A DNA stretch of 64,000 bases from Anaeromyxobacteraceae bacterium (GTDB lineage Bacteria > Myxococcota > Myxococcia > Myxococcales > Anaeromyxobacteraceae): positions 928,001 to 992,000 of the forward strand of contig JASGHJ010000001.1 of the NCBI GenBank assembly GCA_047602405.1. Direction: 5' to 3'. Position 1 is the stretch's first letter; each line of letters opens with the position of its first letter. The notes below the pieces were generated by a model that searched no databases, had not been told where the DNA came from, and worked only from the letters and a program-made list of their open reading frames with translations. The position numbers were made by a program, and so were the translations under genes. Below are positions 22,327 to 32,683 of this stretch, piece by piece.

Positions 22327-22815
22327 TCAGACCCCGGTGACGGTGACCGCCATGAGCCCCGCGCCCATGGCGACGTCGATGACGTTGACGAGGCCGCCGT
22401 AGTGCACGGTGTCCTCGGCGGAGACGGTGATGGCGGAGGCCTCGGGGAACTCGCTCTTCAGCTGCTTCAGGCGATCCGCGAGGGTCTTCACGTCGAAGCG
22501 GATCTTGCCGTCCTGGTCGCGGCCCAGCGTCGGGATGTCGATGTTGGTCCCGGTGGAGGTCGACAGGTTGAAGCCGCGCTCGCTCATCGCGAGCGTGACG
22601 AGGAGCGGCTTCGCCGTCTCGGCCTGCTCGGCCTGCGGCGCGCCCTCGCCCAGCTGCTGCACCTGCAGGCGGGACACCTGCGTCCAGACCGCGGTGTAGA
22701 GGAGGAACGTGATCAGCGTCGAGAGGAGGTCGATCGCGGGGACGACGTTGATGACGGTGTCGAGGGACTTCTTCTTCCCTTTCCCGCCCGCCTCGGGCAT
22801 CGCGCCGCCGCCCAT
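22327..22815 (-). CDS. aglQ: ExbD/TolR-family motor subunit, AglQ-like
   Basis: INVVPAIDLL...TAVWTQ; SD AAGGAGG. Confidence 0.7.
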   Translation of the reverse strand: MGGGAMPEAGGKGKKKSLDTVINVVPAIDLLSTLITFLLYTAVWTQVSRLQVQQLGEGAPQAEQAETAKPLLVTLAMSERGFNLSTSTGTNIDIPTLGRDQDGKIRFDVKTLADRLKQLKSEFPEASAITVSAEDTVHYGGLVNVIDVAMGAGLMAVTVTGV

Positions 22816-22842
22816 GTCGACCTCCTTTCTCTCTAATCTCGG

Positions 22843-22891
22843 CCCGTACGTGCCGAGCGTGGGTCCGCGCGGCGGACCGGAGACGAGGCAC
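22843..22891 (-). repeat. Palindromic REP-like element, copy B (between aglR and aglQ)
   Basis: Minus strand GTGCC-TCGTCTCC-GGTCCGC-CGC-GCGGACC-CACGCTC-GGCAC-GTACGGG. Confidence 0.8.
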
Positions 22892-22893
22892 GG

Positions 22894-23574
22894 CTACGCC
22901 TGCTCCTCGACCGCCGGCGACGCCGGCATCCTCATCTTCTCCTTGTTGGCGATGATGAGGTTGAGCACCGAGACCGCGGTCTCGTTGATCTCGTCGAGCA
23001 TGTGCTGCGTGCGGCCCTGCAGGATCGAGTAGGCGACGAGCGCCGGGATCGCGGTGCCGAGGCCGAACGCGGTGCAGTTCATGGCCTCGGAGATGGAGTT
23101 GGAGAGGATCGCGGCCTTGTCGGCCGGGTTGGCGTTCGCGACGGCGCCGAACGCGCCGATGAGGCCGATGATGGTGCCGAGGAGGCCGAGCAGCGTCGCG
23201 ACGTTGGAGATCATCGCGAGGTAGCCCGTGCGCGCCTCGATCTTCGGCGACTCGCGCAGCGTCGCCTCGTCCATGGCGGCCTGCACGTCGGCCTCGCCCT
23301 TCGGGACGTTGATGAGCCCGGCCTTCACGACCGAGGTCAGCGGCGTCTTCTTCTGGGCGGCGGTGAAGCTGATCGCCTTGTCCAGGTCGCCGGCGTAGAT
23401 GTACTTCTTCAGCTCCTTGAGGAACGACTCCTTGTCGGTCTTCGCCTTGAAGTAGAGCGCGATGACGCGGTCGACGATGAGGCCGAGCGCGAAGACCAGC
23501 GAGATGGCGATGAGGTGCATCGGCCATCCGCCCTCGTGATAGTGCTTCGCGAGCGTCCCGAAAATGTCGCCCAT
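22894..23574 (-). CDS. aglR: MotA/TolQ/ExbB proton-channel protein, AglR-like
   Basis: GGWPM, ATLLGLLGTIIGLIGAF, ISEAMNCTAFGL; SD GGAGG before ATG 23574. Confidence 0.75.
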   Translation of the reverse strand: MGDIFGTLAKHYHEGGWPMHLIAISLVFALGLIVDRVIALYFKAKTDKESFLKELKKYIYAGDLDKAISFTAAQKKTPLTSVVKAGLINVPKGEADVQAAMDEATLRESPKIEARTGYLAMISNVATLLGLLGTIIGLIGAFGAVANANPADKAAILSNSISEAMNCTAFGLGTAIPALVAYSILQGRTQHMLDEINETAVSVLNLIIANKEKMRMPASPAVEEQA

Positions 23575-23812
23575 CTGGGAGGGTCCTCCGAGGCGTGGGG
23601 TCGCCCTCGAGTGAAGGGCCGCGGGCCGTGCAGCGCGCGCGTTCTCGAGCGACCGGGGTCTCAAGATCCCTAACACGGCATTTTCGCTCGGGTCAACGCG
23701 GCGGCCGGGGCTGTTCCGCGAGGGCGGACGCGGCGCCGGGTGCGCGGTTGCCCCACCCGGAGCGGCCGTCGTACCCTCGCTTGCCGCCCCTTCGCGGCAA
23801 GCTCCCGCCCCG

Positions 23813-25507
23813 ATGCCGCTCGAAGCCTTCGCTCCCTATCGACTGCCCCCGGGCAGCCCCGCGAACGTCCCCTCCGGCGGCGACGCCGTCGATCCGATCG
23901 TCGGGCCTCCCGGCGTCGTTCCCGCCTCCGCGGTGGGTCGCGCGCTCGCGGACGTCCCGGCCGGGCTCGCCGCTCCGGGCGTCTCGCCCTGCCTCGCCGC
24001 CGACGGCCAGGCCGCCGGCATGGGCGGCCCGCCGCGCGCCTGCCTCTCCTCGCGCGGCCAGCGAGAGTTCGTGGCGCGCGCGGTCCAGGACGCGTGGGCC
24101 GCCGGCTTCGGCGGCGTGCTCATCGACCGGCCCGATCACGGCCACGCCACCGTGCTGCTCGGCGCGGGGTTCTGCCCCGACTGCCAGCGGGACTTCGTGC
24201 GGCACCTCGCGCGCGAGTACGGCGATCACTTCCAGGCCATCGACTACCTCCGGGTCGCGCGCACCGCGCTCGCCGACGCGCCGGGCGCGGTGACCTTCGA
24301 GCGGCTCCCCTACGGCCGCGACTTCTGGAGCTGGCGCCACGACGCGCTCGAGCGCGCCGTCGCCGCCTACGTCCGCTCGGCGCGCGACGCGGCCCGTGCG
24401 GCCGGCGCGCCGGGGCAGACCGCGCGCGGCGGCGCGGTGGCGGAGAAGGCCGCGCGCACGTTCGACGTCGCGGTGCAGTTCGACGCCGTGGGCCCGAGCC
24501 AGCTCCGGCTCGCGCGGCTGGCCGACGGCGTCGTGTTCCCCGCGATCGCGCCGCCGAACGGGACGGGCATCGGCCTGCTCCGCCTGCTCCGCGCCGTGAT
24601 GCGCCGCCGCCCCGCCGCCGTGCAGCCGCCGCCGGGGCTCTCGCCCGCCGCGCTCGCGCGGCTCGCCGCGATCGCGGCCACCTGCGGGATCGAGCTCGCC
24701 GGCCAGGGTCCGACGCCACCGAAGGAGGTCGCGCGCGTGCGCTCGCTCGGCCGGCAGCTCCGCGAGGCGGGCCGGGGCCCCGAGCAGACGACGCCGTTCG
24801 CCGAGGCGGTGCTGCTCTACTCGCCCGAGGCGGACCTCTGGACCGGCGGCCGCCACCTGCAGGCACTCCTGCGCGCCGCGGAGACGCTCGCGCTCGCGCA
24901 CGTGCAGGCGCCGGTGGTCACGCGCCTGTCGGACGCGCCGCGCGACGTGCCGATCGTGCTCGCCGATCCGGGCGCGTTGCCGCCGCACGACGCGAAGGAG
25001 CTCCACCGGCGGCTGGAGGCGGGGCAGTCGATCCTCTCCTTCGGCAGCGCCGCGGAGGTCGACGAGACCGGCCGCGCCCACGAGGGCGCGCTCCCGCCCG
25101 GCAAGCCCGGCGGCGTGCGCGTCGGGGCCGGCACGCTGGCGCAGCTGCCCGCGCTCGCGCCGCTCGGCGGCGAGGACCCGCCCTCGCCGGAGGACGTCGA
25201 GAAGGCGCTCAACGCCGTGCTCGGCCGCGGCAAGCGGGCCGCCAACGTCGCGGGCCGGCACCCGGTGCTCGTGGTCGTCGACCGCACCGAGGACGCGGTG
25301 CACGCGCACCTCGTGTCGCTCTCGAACGAGCGGGCGCAGGGCGTGACGCTGTTCCTCGGCGTGAAGCTCGCCGGCGGCGTGCGGAGGGCGCGCTTCGTCT
25401 CGGCGGACGGGACGGACGTGAGGATCCCGATGAACCCGTCCGGCCAGTCGCTGTCGACCGTGCTGCCGAGCTGGAATGGATACGCGGTGCTGTCGCTCGC
25501 GCCGTAG
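23813..25507 (+). CDS. Hypothetical protein, possibly a degenerate GH42-like TIM barrel plus trimerisation domain
   Basis: GC3-biased ORF; GFGGVLIDRP, GFCPDCQRDF, AVLLYS motifs. Confidence 0.55.
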   Translation: MPLEAFAPYRLPPGSPANVPSGGDAVDPIVGPPGVVPASAVGRALADVPAGLAAPGVSPCLAADGQAAGMGGPPRACLSSRGQREFVARAVQDAWAAGFGGVLIDRPDHGHATVLLGAGFCPDCQRDFVRHLAREYGDHFQAIDYLRVARTALADAPGAVTFERLPYGRDFWSWRHDALERAVAAYVRSARDAARAAGAPGQTARGGAVAEKAARTFDVAVQFDAVGPSQLRLARLADGVVFPAIAPPNGTGIGLLRLLRAVMRRRPAAVQPPPGLSPAALARLAAIAATCGIELAGQGPTPPKEVARVRSLGRQLREAGRGPEQTTPFAEAVLLYSPEADLWTGGRHLQALLRAAETLALAHVQAPVVTRLSDAPRDVPIVLADPGALPPHDAKELHRRLEAGQSILSFGSAAEVDETGRAHEGALPPGKPGGVRVGAGTLAQLPALAPLGGEDPPSPEDVEKALNAVLGRGKRAANVAGRHPVLVVVDRTEDAVHAHLVSLSNERAQGVTLFLGVKLAGGVRRARFVSADGTDVRIPMNPSGQSLSTVLPSWNGYAVLSLAP

Positions 25508-25516
25508 TTCCGGGAC

Positions 25517-25566
25517 GCCCCTCGTCTCCGGGCCCGCTGCGCGGGCCCTACGCCCGGGGCTGCCGG
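25517..25566 (+). repeat. Palindromic REP-like element, copy C; overlaps the MCP stop codon
   Basis: GCCCC-TCGTCTCC-GGGCCCGC-TGC-GCGGGCCC-TACGCCC-GGGGC-TGCCGG. Confidence 0.8.
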
Positions 25567-28139
25567 AGCATCCGGGGCGACGCCCTGAACGCGGCCTCGG
25601 CGGGCAGCTCCGGCCGGAGCGCCCGGTCGGTGCGCGTCACCTGGAACCCGGCCACCATCGCGGCGAGCTCCTCGGCCTGGCCGGAGAGCTCGCTCGCGGC
25701 GGAGGAGGACTCCTCCGCCGACGCCGCGTTCTGCTGGGTGACCTTGTCCATCTCGCCGATGGCGCCGTTCACCTGCTCGATGCCGGCGGCCTGCTCGCGC
25801 GCGGAGGCGGCGATCTCGCCGACGATGTCGGAGACCTTCGAGATCCCGCCCACGATCTCCTCGAGCTTCCCGGAGACCTGCTTCGCGGTGACCTCGCCGG
25901 CGCCGGCCTGCGCGACCGACTGGCGGATGAGCTCCTCGGTCTTCGTCGCCGCCTCCTTGGAGCGGAGGGCGAGCGAGCGGACCTCCTCGGCGACGACCGC
26001 GAAGCCGCGGCCGGCCTCGCCGGCGCGCGCGGCCTCGACCGCGGCGTTGAGCGCGAGCAGGTTCGTCTGGAACGCGATGTCGTTGATGTCGCGGATGATC
26101 TGCGAGGTGCCCTCGGCGGACGCCTTGATCTTCCCCATCGCGCCCTGCATCTCGACCATCGCGGCGGCGCCGTCGGAGGCGGCCGTGCGGGCCGTCTGCG
26201 CGAGCGTGTTCGCCTGCTGCGCGTGATCGGTGGCCTGGCCGGTGATGGACGCGACGTTCGCGATGGAGGCGCCCGTCTCCTCGAGGCTGGAGGCCTGCTC
26301 GGAGGCGCCCGCGGCGACGGCCTGGGCGGAGGCGGCGATCTGCGTGGAGGCCGACGAGACCTGCTCGACGGCGGCCGCCACCTGCGAGAGCGCCTCGTCG
26401 AGCGCCTGCGCGGTCGCGTTGAGCGAGTCCTTGATGCGGGCGTGGTCGCCCCGGTAGTCGCCCTTCACGCGGGCGCGCAGGTCGCGGCGGGCGAGCTCGT
26501 CGAGCACGCCGGCGGCCTCGTTCACCGGCGCGATCACCGCGTCGAGCGTGCGGTTGACGCCCTCGACGATCCTGCGGAAGTCGCCCTGGTGCCGGGCGGC
26601 GTCCGCGCGGGTCGAGAGCTGGCCGGCGACCGCGGCGGCCACGAGGCCGTCGGTGTCCCGGATGAGCGCCTTCAGGTGGCCGCGGACCTGCTCGATGGTC
26701 TCGTTGATGAAGGCCTTCTTGCCCGGGAAGCGCTCGAGCGGCGCCTCGAAGTTGCCGCGCCCGAACTCGGCGACGCAGGCCATCGCCTTCTTCTTCACGG
26801 CGATGTGCCCGGCGACCATGCCGTTCACGCCCTCGGCCATGGTGCGCCAGTCGCCCTGGAACCGGGCGCCCTCGATGGCGGCGTCGATGTCGCCGGCGTC
26901 GTGCGCGGCGGACATGCGGCGCATCTCGGCGATGAGGCCCTTCAGGTTCGCGCGGACCTGCTCGACCGTGTCGTTGATGAAGGCCTTCTTGCCCGGGAGG
27001 CGCTCGAGGGCGGCGTCGAACTCGCCGCGGCCGAACGCCTGGAAGACGCCCATCGCCTTCTTCTTCACGGCGATGTGCGAGCCCACCATCGTGTTCACGC
27101 CCGCGGCCATCTCGCGGTAGGCGCCCTCGAACCGCGCGACGTCGACGGCGGCGTCGATCTCGCCCGCCTCGTGCTCGGCACTCATGCGGTTCATCTCGCC
27201 GACGAGCCCGCGGAGGGAGCCGACGCAGCGGTTCAGGGCGCGCTTGATGCGGTCGAAGTCGCCTGCGTAGGTCTCCGTGATCTCGGGCGGGAGGTCGCCG
27301 TGGGAGATCCGGCTCAGGTGGTCGACCGTCACCTGGATCGGACGCTGGAACGCGTCCATCGTCTCGTTGACGCCGGCCACGATCGGGCGGAACTCGTCGG
27401 GCACCTGCGCGAGGTCGCCGCGCACGTCGAGCCGCCCTTCGGCGACCGCCTGGCGCAGCTTCGCCGTCTCGCCGACGAGGCTCCGGATGGAGCGGGACAC
27501 GGAGGTCGCGATGAGGAGCCCGAGCGTCGCCGCGACGGCGACCACGCCGACGAGCACCCACAGGAGGATGCTCCGGGCGCCCGCGACGATCGCCGTGGCG
27601 TCGGCCTGCTCGGCCTGTCCCGCCTGGCCGATCACGTCGAGGAGGCGGTCGAGCGGGCCGGCGAGCTTCGCGTCGAGCCCGCCCACGTACTCGAGCATGA
27701 TCGCGGCGGCGCGCGTGCCGTCCTGCTCCGCGAGCGCCTGCCACACGCGGTCGTTCTCGCCGCGGAAGAAGTCGACGCCGGGCGTCAGCTTCGCCCAGTC
27801 GGTCTTCTCCGCCTCCGACTTGGGGAGGGCCGCGTAGGCCGCGAACCCCTGCAGCATCTCGGTCATCTCCCTGTCGCGGCGGGCCTTCTCGGCCGCGACG
27901 GTCGAGAAGTTGCCGCGCTGGGCCTCGGTGACCGCCCGCGTGGTCGCGAGCCGCAGCTCGTAGAGCGCCTGCTGCGCGGCGCTGAGCGCGCGCAGCGCGG
28001 GCACGAGGTTGCCCGAGTAGACCTCGATGTGCTCGGCCAGCTTCGCGTTCGAGCGCAGGCCGACGACGCCGAGCGCGGCGGCGAGGAGCGTGATGAGGGC
28101 GAAGGAGGCAAGCAGGCGGGCACGGGTGGTCGAGAGCAT
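25548..28139 (-). CDS. Methyl-accepting chemotaxis protein with periplasmic four-helix sensor and poly-HAMP array
   Basis: Two TMs, repeated HAMP units, [41 protein letters not shown]. Confidence 0.95.
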   Translation of the reverse strand: MLSTTRARLLASFALITLLAAALGVVGLRSNAKLAEHIEVYSGNLVPALRALSAAQQALYELRLATTRAVTEAQRGNFSTVAAEKARRDREMTEMLQGFAAYAALPKSEAEKTDWAKLTPGVDFFRGENDRVWQALAEQDGTRAAAIMLEYVGGLDAKLAGPLDRLLDVIGQAGQAEQADATAIVAGARSILLWVLVGVVAVAATLGLLIATSVSRSIRSLVGETAKLRQAVAEGRLDVRGDLAQVPDEFRPIVAGVNETMDAFQRPIQVTVDHLSRISHGDLPPEITETYAGDFDRIKRALNRCVGSLRGLVGEMNRMSAEHEAGEIDAAVDVARFEGAYREMAAGVNTMVGSHIAVKKKAMGVFQAFGRGEFDAALERLPGKKAFINDTVEQVRANLKGLIAEMRRMSAAHDAGDIDAAIEGARFQGDWRTMAEGVNGMVAGHIAVKKKAMACVAEFGRGNFEAPLERFPGKKAFINETIEQVRGHLKALIRDTDGLVAAAVAGQLSTRADAARHQGDFRRIVEGVNRTLDAVIAPVNEAAGVLDELARRDLRARVKGDYRGDHARIKDSLNATAQALDEALSQVAAAVEQVSSASTQIAASAQAVAAGASEQASSLEETGASIANVASITGQATDHAQQANTLAQTARTAASDGAAAMVEMQGAMGKIKASAEGTSQIIRDINDIAFQTNLLALNAAVEAARAGEAGRGFAVVAEEVRSLALRSKEAATKTEELIRQSVAQAGAGEVTAKQVSGKLEEIVGGISKVSDIVGEIAASAREQAAGIEQVNGAIGEMDKVTQQNAASAEESSSAASELSGQAEELAAMVAGFQVTRTDRALRPELPAEAAFRASPRMLRQPRA
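26670..27209 (-). repeat. Tandem 270-bp (90-aa) di-HAMP duplication inside the MCP
   Basis: Two units each with [22 protein letters not shown] and [13 protein letters not shown]. Confidence 0.9.
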
Positions 28140-28190
28140 GGGGTCCTTCCGGACGCGGAAGAGAGGGCCGCGCCCGTCCAGGTGGCGATT

Positions 28191-28206
28191 TGCCACGGGC
28201 GTGCCA
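28191..28206 (-). promoter_or_regulatory. Candidate sigma54 (-24/-12) promoter of the MCP
   Basis: TGGCACG-CCCG-TGGCA, one mismatch to TGGCACG-N4-TTGC, ~50 nt upstream of ATG. Confidence 0.55.
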
Positions 28207-28370
28207 TCCCCGCCGAGGGACGGTTTCGCTCACGCCTTCGATCCCGGGCCCGCGCCGAGGACGCTGCGTCCGCGCAGCGCCCGGTTACCGAGCGGCTCGA
28301 CCCTGAGCACAGGTCCGGCCCGGTGCCCGTGGGTCCCACGCGACCGGTGCATCACCGCGTGGTCGCGAGC

Positions 28371-30350
28371 TCACCCCTCGCGGCGGAGCGGGAGCTCCAC
28401 CGTGACCGTCGTCCCCTTCCCCGGCGCGGTCGTGAGCTCGACCTTCCCTCCGTGGCGGTCGACGATCCCCTGCACGATCGGCAGCCCGAGCCCGATGCCG
28501 ACGCCCGGGCGCGTCGTGTAGAACGGCTCGAACGCGCGGGCCGCCTCCTCGGGCGGCATGCCGGCGCCGTCGTCCGAGACGGTCACCTTCACCTTCTCGC
28601 CCTGCGCCTCGAGCGAGAGGCGCACGCGCCCGCCCGGCGAGACCGCCTGGGCCGCGTTGCGGATCAGGTTCACGAACACCTGCACGAGGCTCGGGCGGTT
28701 GCCGTCGACGGGCGGCACGGCCTCGATCACCCGCTCGACCACCGCGCTCGTCTCCTTGAGCGCCGGCTTCGAGAGGCGCGCCGCCTCGTCGAGCACGCCC
28801 TCGAGGTCGACGGGCTCGGTGCGCGCGCCGGTGGGCTTCGCGTAGGTGACGAGGTCGCGGGCGAGCCGCTGGATGCGCAGGCCGGCGTCGCGGATGGCCT
28901 TCAGCTTCTCGAGGTCGCTCGGCTCCTGGCCGCTCTTCGAGAGCTTCTCGACGAGCGCGTCGGAGTACATGTTCACCGCGGTGAGCGGGTTGTTGAGCTC
29001 GTGCACGACGCCGGCGACGAGCCGCCCGATGCCGGCGAGCCGCTCGGCGTGCTCCGCCGCGGCCTGCAGCGAGCGCACCTCGGTGAGGTCCCGGCCGATC
29101 GCGACGACGCCCTCGACGTCCCCGGCGGCGTTGCGGATCGGGGCGGTGTTCATCTCCACCCGCACCTCGCCGCCGTCCTTGCGGGAGAGCTGGAGCTCCT
29201 GGGCGTCCATCGACTCGCCCGCGAAGCCGCGGCCCATGAAGTCCTCGAGGCGCGCGCGCTCGAACTCCGGCACCCGCGTCACGACCCGGCGGCCCAGCGC
29301 CTCCTCCTTCGTGAAGCCGGTGAGCCGCACGAGGGTCGCGTTCCAGACGATGACCTCCATGTTGCGGTTCACGACCGCGATGAGCGCGTTCGCGTGCTCG
29401 ATGAGCCCCTCGAGGTAGGTCTTGAGGTAGGTGAGCTCCTCGATCGAGCGGAGGTTGCGCACGCCGAGCGCGGCGTGGTTCGCGAGCTGGTGCAGGAGCG
29501 GGCCGTCGGCCTGCGGCGAGCCCGGCGCGCCGCGCTCGTACTCGAGGCTGACGATGCCGAAGAGCTGCCCGCCGACCGCGAGCGGCACCGCGATGGCCTC
29601 CTCGCAGCGGTCGAAGAGCGGCTCGTCCTTCTCCGTGAGCTGGATGCCGTTCGACTCGAGGTAGGCCGTGTCGAGGCCGACCTTCTCGGCGGCCCCGCGG
29701 CGCAGCTGCATGCGGCTGCGGGCCTGCGAGCGGAGCCGGCCGCGGGCGTAGAGCGTCGTCAGGGAGAGGGCGTCGGGGTCGACGAGCCGGATGCAGAACG
29801 AGCGCGCGGGGAAGAGCACCTCGAGCGCCCGCGCGAGCGCCTGGGTGATCTGGTCCTCGGCGCGCGCGTCGGCGAGGTCGCGCGAGAGCTGGAGCAGTGC
29901 CTGGTCGGCGACCGTGTCGTCGCCACCGAGGCTCGGGTGCAGGAGCGCGGAGACGAGGAGCGCCTTCCCCGGCGCGGGCGCCTCCGCGGCGACGAGGTCG
30001 ACGCGGGCGGTGATGCCGTCGACGCGCGTCCGGTAGCTCGAGACCTCACCCGGCCGCGGGGGCTGGGGCGCGCCGTCGAGCGGCGGCAGGAGCGTGGCGA
30101 GGGGCTTGCCGATCGCCTCGGGTGCCTCGAGGCCGAGCGCGCGGGTGAACGCGGCGTTCACGAACGCGACCTTGCCGTCGTACGTGAGCGCGGTCGCGAT
30201 GGGGTGGACGTGGTAGGCGAGCCGGAGCTCGGCCGGCGACGGATCCGCGACGACGGGCGCGGGGGGCGACGGCCGCGGGGCCTTCGCCTTCGGCTTCGCC
30301 ACCGCCTTCGAACGTGCAGGCCTCCGGGCCTTCGCGCCTCGCTTCGCCAC
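28371..30350 (-). CDS. Cytoplasmic PAS-GAF-PAS histidine kinase
   Basis: H-box VVHELNNPL, NLIRNAAQA, DDGAGM, FEPFYTT, GLGL; no TM. Confidence 0.92.
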   Translation of the reverse strand: MAKRGAKARRPARSKAVAKPKAKAPRPSPPAPVVADPSPAELRLAYHVHPIATALTYDGKVAFVNAAFTRALGLEAPEAIGKPLATLLPPLDGAPQPPRPGEVSSYRTRVDGITARVDLVAAEAPAPGKALLVSALLHPSLGGDDTVADQALLQLSRDLADARAEDQITQALARALEVLFPARSFCIRLVDPDALSLTTLYARGRLRSQARSRMQLRRGAAEKVGLDTAYLESNGIQLTEKDEPLFDRCEEAIAVPLAVGGQLFGIVSLEYERGAPGSPQADGPLLHQLANHAALGVRNLRSIEELTYLKTYLEGLIEHANALIAVVNRNMEVIVWNATLVRLTGFTKEEALGRRVVTRVPEFERARLEDFMGRGFAGESMDAQELQLSRKDGGEVRVEMNTAPIRNAAGDVEGVVAIGRDLTEVRSLQAAAEHAERLAGIGRLVAGVVHELNNPLTAVNMYSDALVEKLSKSGQEPSDLEKLKAIRDAGLRIQRLARDLVTYAKPTGARTEPVDLEGVLDEAARLSKPALKETSAVVERVIEAVPPVDGNRPSLVQVFVNLIRNAAQAVSPGGRVRLSLEAQGEKVKVTVSDDGAGMPPEEAARAFEPFYTTRPGVGIGLGLPIVQGIVDRHGGKVELTTAPGKGTTVTVELPLRREG

Positions 30351-30419
30351 CGCTGCCTCCGTGAACGGACAGTACCACGCGGTCGGACGGGGCCATGCCT
30401 GCCCCCGAGCGACGCAGCG

Positions 30420-31610
30420 TCAGCGACTCGCCGCAGCGCGCAACGCAGCGGTCATCACCTCGCGCACCGGCACGCCCCGCTCGCGGGCGCGCGCCAGGCA
30501 GTCGTCGTACTCCGCGTGTAGGCCCGACACCTTCCCGGCCCGGGAGGACACCTTCACCCGCACCTTTCCGTACGCGGTGTCGACCTCGATCGTCGCGCGA
30601 TCGAGCACCTCGCGCTCCACGCGATATCGGCGCAGGCCGAGGGTGGTGGTCTCCGAGAAGAGCGCCTCGGTGACGGCAGCCCGGCGGGGTTCCTCGCAGA
30701 GCGCGCCGAGGAGCTGGCCCGGGCGGCCCTTCTTCATCGTGAGCGGCGCCGCCCAGGCGTCGAGCGCGCCGGCCTCGAGCGCGGCCTCGATGGCGCGGCC
30801 GAGGAGCTCGCCGGGGCAGTCGTCGAGGTTGGCCTCGAGGACCCACAGCTCCGGATCCGTTCGCCCCGAGCCCGTCGAAGAGCGACTGCTGGAGGCTTCC
30901 TCCCCCAGCGTCATCCGCAGCGCGTTCGGCCGGTCCGGCCAGTCCCGCGTCCCGAGCCCGACGCCCGTGCGCGAAGGCACGATCGCGGGCACCTCGCCCA
31001 CGTCGGTCCACTCCGCGAGGATCACCGCGCCCGTCGGCGTCACCGCCTCCCCCGGCGGCCCGCCCGGCCGCACGGGCTTGCCGGCCAGGAGCTCCAGCAC
31101 CGCCGGCGGCGGCACCGGCATCGTGCCGTGGGCGCCCTTCACGAAGCCCACGCCGAGCTCCGGCGGCGCGCAGACCACGCGCGGCCAGCCGAGGAGCTCG
31201 AGCGCGACCGCCGCGCCGCACAGGTCCACGATCGAGTCGACCGCGCCGACCTCGTGGAAGTGCACGTCCTCGACCGGCACGCGGTGGACCTTCGCCTCCG
31301 CGCGCCCGAGCCGCTCGAACGCGGAGCGCGCCGCCGCCTTCGCGCGCGGCGAGAGGGCGGAGCCGTCGACGAGCGCGAGGATGTCCGCGAGGTGCCGGTG
31401 CGCGTGCTCGTGCGGCGCCGCGACCCGCACGTGCGTGCCCGCGAGGCCGCCCTTCTCCGCGCGCGTGACCTCGAGCGACCAGCCCGGGAGGCCGAGCGTC
31501 CGGAGCGCGCCCTCGAGCGCCGCGCGGTCCACGCCGAGGTCGAGCGCCGCCGCGAGGAACATGTCCCCCGCGAGGCCGCCGATGGGCTCGAGCCAGAGGA
31601 GCGCGCTCAT
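30420..31610 (-). CDS. larC: Nickel-pincer cofactor nickel insertase LarC
   Basis: [61 protein letters not shown]. Confidence 0.93.
   Translation of the reverse strand: MSALLWLEPIGGLAGDMFLAAALDLGVDRAALEGALRTLGLPGWSLEVTRAEKGGLAGTHVRVAAPHEHAHRHLADILALVDGSALSPRAKAAARSAFERLGRAEAKVHRVPVEDVHFHEVGAVDSIVDLCGAAVALELLGWPRVVCAPPELGVGFVKGAHGTMPVPPPAVLELLAGKPVRPGGPPGEAVTPTGAVILAEWTDVGEVPAIVPSRTGVGLGTRDWPDRPNALRMTLGEEASSSRSSTGSGRTDPELWVLEANLDDCPGELLGRAIEAALEAGALDAWAAPLTMKKGRPGQLLGALCEEPRRAAVTEALFSETTTLGLRRYRVEREVLDRATIEVDTAYGKVRVKVSSRAGKVSGLHAEYDDCLARARERGVPVREVMTAALRAAASR
30857..30884 (-). repeat. Short REP-like element, copy D, in-frame inside larC
   Basis: Minus strand CGCTCTTCGACGGGCTCGGGGCGAACGG (no inner hairpin); read as RSSTGSGRT in the LarC linker. 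Confidence 0.6.
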
Positions 31611-32353
31611 CATCCCCTCGCGATCAACCCGGCCACGAACGCCGCGCCGAAGCCGTTGTCGATGTTCACGACCGTCACGTTGGGCGCGCAGGAGTTGAGC
31701 ATCGTGAGGAGCGGCGCGATCCCGCCCAGGTGCGCCCCATAGCCCACGGAGGTCGGCACCGCCACGACCGGGCAGCTCACGAGCCCACCCACGACGCTCG
31801 GCAGCGCGCCCTCCATCCCGGCGACCGCGATGATCGCCTTCGCCCGCGTGAGCTCCGCGTGCCGCCCGAGCAGCCGGTGAATCCCGGCGACGCCCACGTC
31901 GTACACGCGCACGGCCTCGACGCCCATCACCTCGAGCGTGACGATCGCCTCCTCGCAGACCGGCAGGTCGCTCGTCCCGGCGGAGACGACCGCCACCGGC
32001 CCGCGCGAGGGGACGTCCATCTTGCCCTTGCGCAGCGTGCGGGAGACCGGGTCGTACGTCGCGCCGCGCACCGCGCGCTTCACCGGCGCCGCCTTCTCGG
32101 GCGAGAGCCGGGTGACGAGGAGTGGGCCCTTCGCCGCGAGCTTCCTCGCGATCGCGGCGACCTGCGCGCCGGTCTTCCGCTCCGCGAGCACGACCTCCGG
32201 CATCCCGACCCGCAGCATGCGGTGGTGGTCGACGGTCGCGACGTCCCCGAGGCGCTCGAACGGCGCGCCCTTCAGCTTCGAGATGGCCTCGTCCACCGAG
32301 GTGCGGTCCGCTCGCACGGCGGAGAGGAGCGCCCGGAGCGCGTGCTCGTCCAT
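31610..32353 (-). CDS. larB: Nickel-pincer cofactor carboxylase/hydrolase LarB
   Basis: [52 protein letters not shown]. Confidence 0.95.
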   Translation of the reverse strand: MDEHALRALLSAVRADRTSVDEAISKLKGAPFERLGDVATVDHHRMLRVGMPEVVLAERKTGAQVAAIARKLAAKGPLLVTRLSPEKAAPVKRAVRGATYDPVSRTLRKGKMDVPSRGPVAVVSAGTSDLPVCEEAIVTLEVMGVEAVRVYDVGVAGIHRLLGRHAELTRAKAIIAVAGMEGALPSVVGGLVSCPVVAVPTSVGYGAHLGGIAPLLTMLNSCAPNVTVVNIDNGFGAAFVAGLIARG

Positions 32354-32365
32354 GGGGGGAGAGGT

Positions 32366-32680
32366 TTACCGCCGACCCGACCGGTCTCGCCAGTACCCAG
32401 GGCGTCGCCGGACGTGTGCCACGGCGAGGACGAGGATGCCGTCACCGTCCACGACGTACGCGAGGCCGAACGGGAATCGGGGAAGGAGGAACCTCCGCAC
32501 GCCGGAGGCCTCGCCCAGCCCAGGCCAGAGCGGCCATGCCACAGGACGCTCCGACACCGCTTCCAGCGCTCGCCCCACCTCGTCCAAGAGATCGACCCCG
32601 AGACCCGACAGCTGCGCGTCGTACCAGTCACCGGCTTCGCTGAGCTCGGCGACCGCCGCGGGGTGGAATCGAACGCGCAC
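32366..32680 (-). CDS. Type II toxin, RelE/ParE family
   Basis: [16 protein letters not shown]...RFPFGLAY...[13 protein letters not shown]. Confidence 0.88.
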   Translation of the reverse strand: MRVRFHPAAVAELSEAGDWYDAQLSGLGVDLLDEVGRALEAVSERPVAWPLWPGLGEASGVRRFLLPRFPFGLAYVVDGDGILVLAVAHVRRRPGYWRDRSGRR

Positions 32681-32683
32681 GCG

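Noticed and set aside
28200..28370. Cyclic-dinucleotide riboswitch upstream of the MCP
   Set aside because: Hairpins are present but the GEMM-I core motifs could not be matched.
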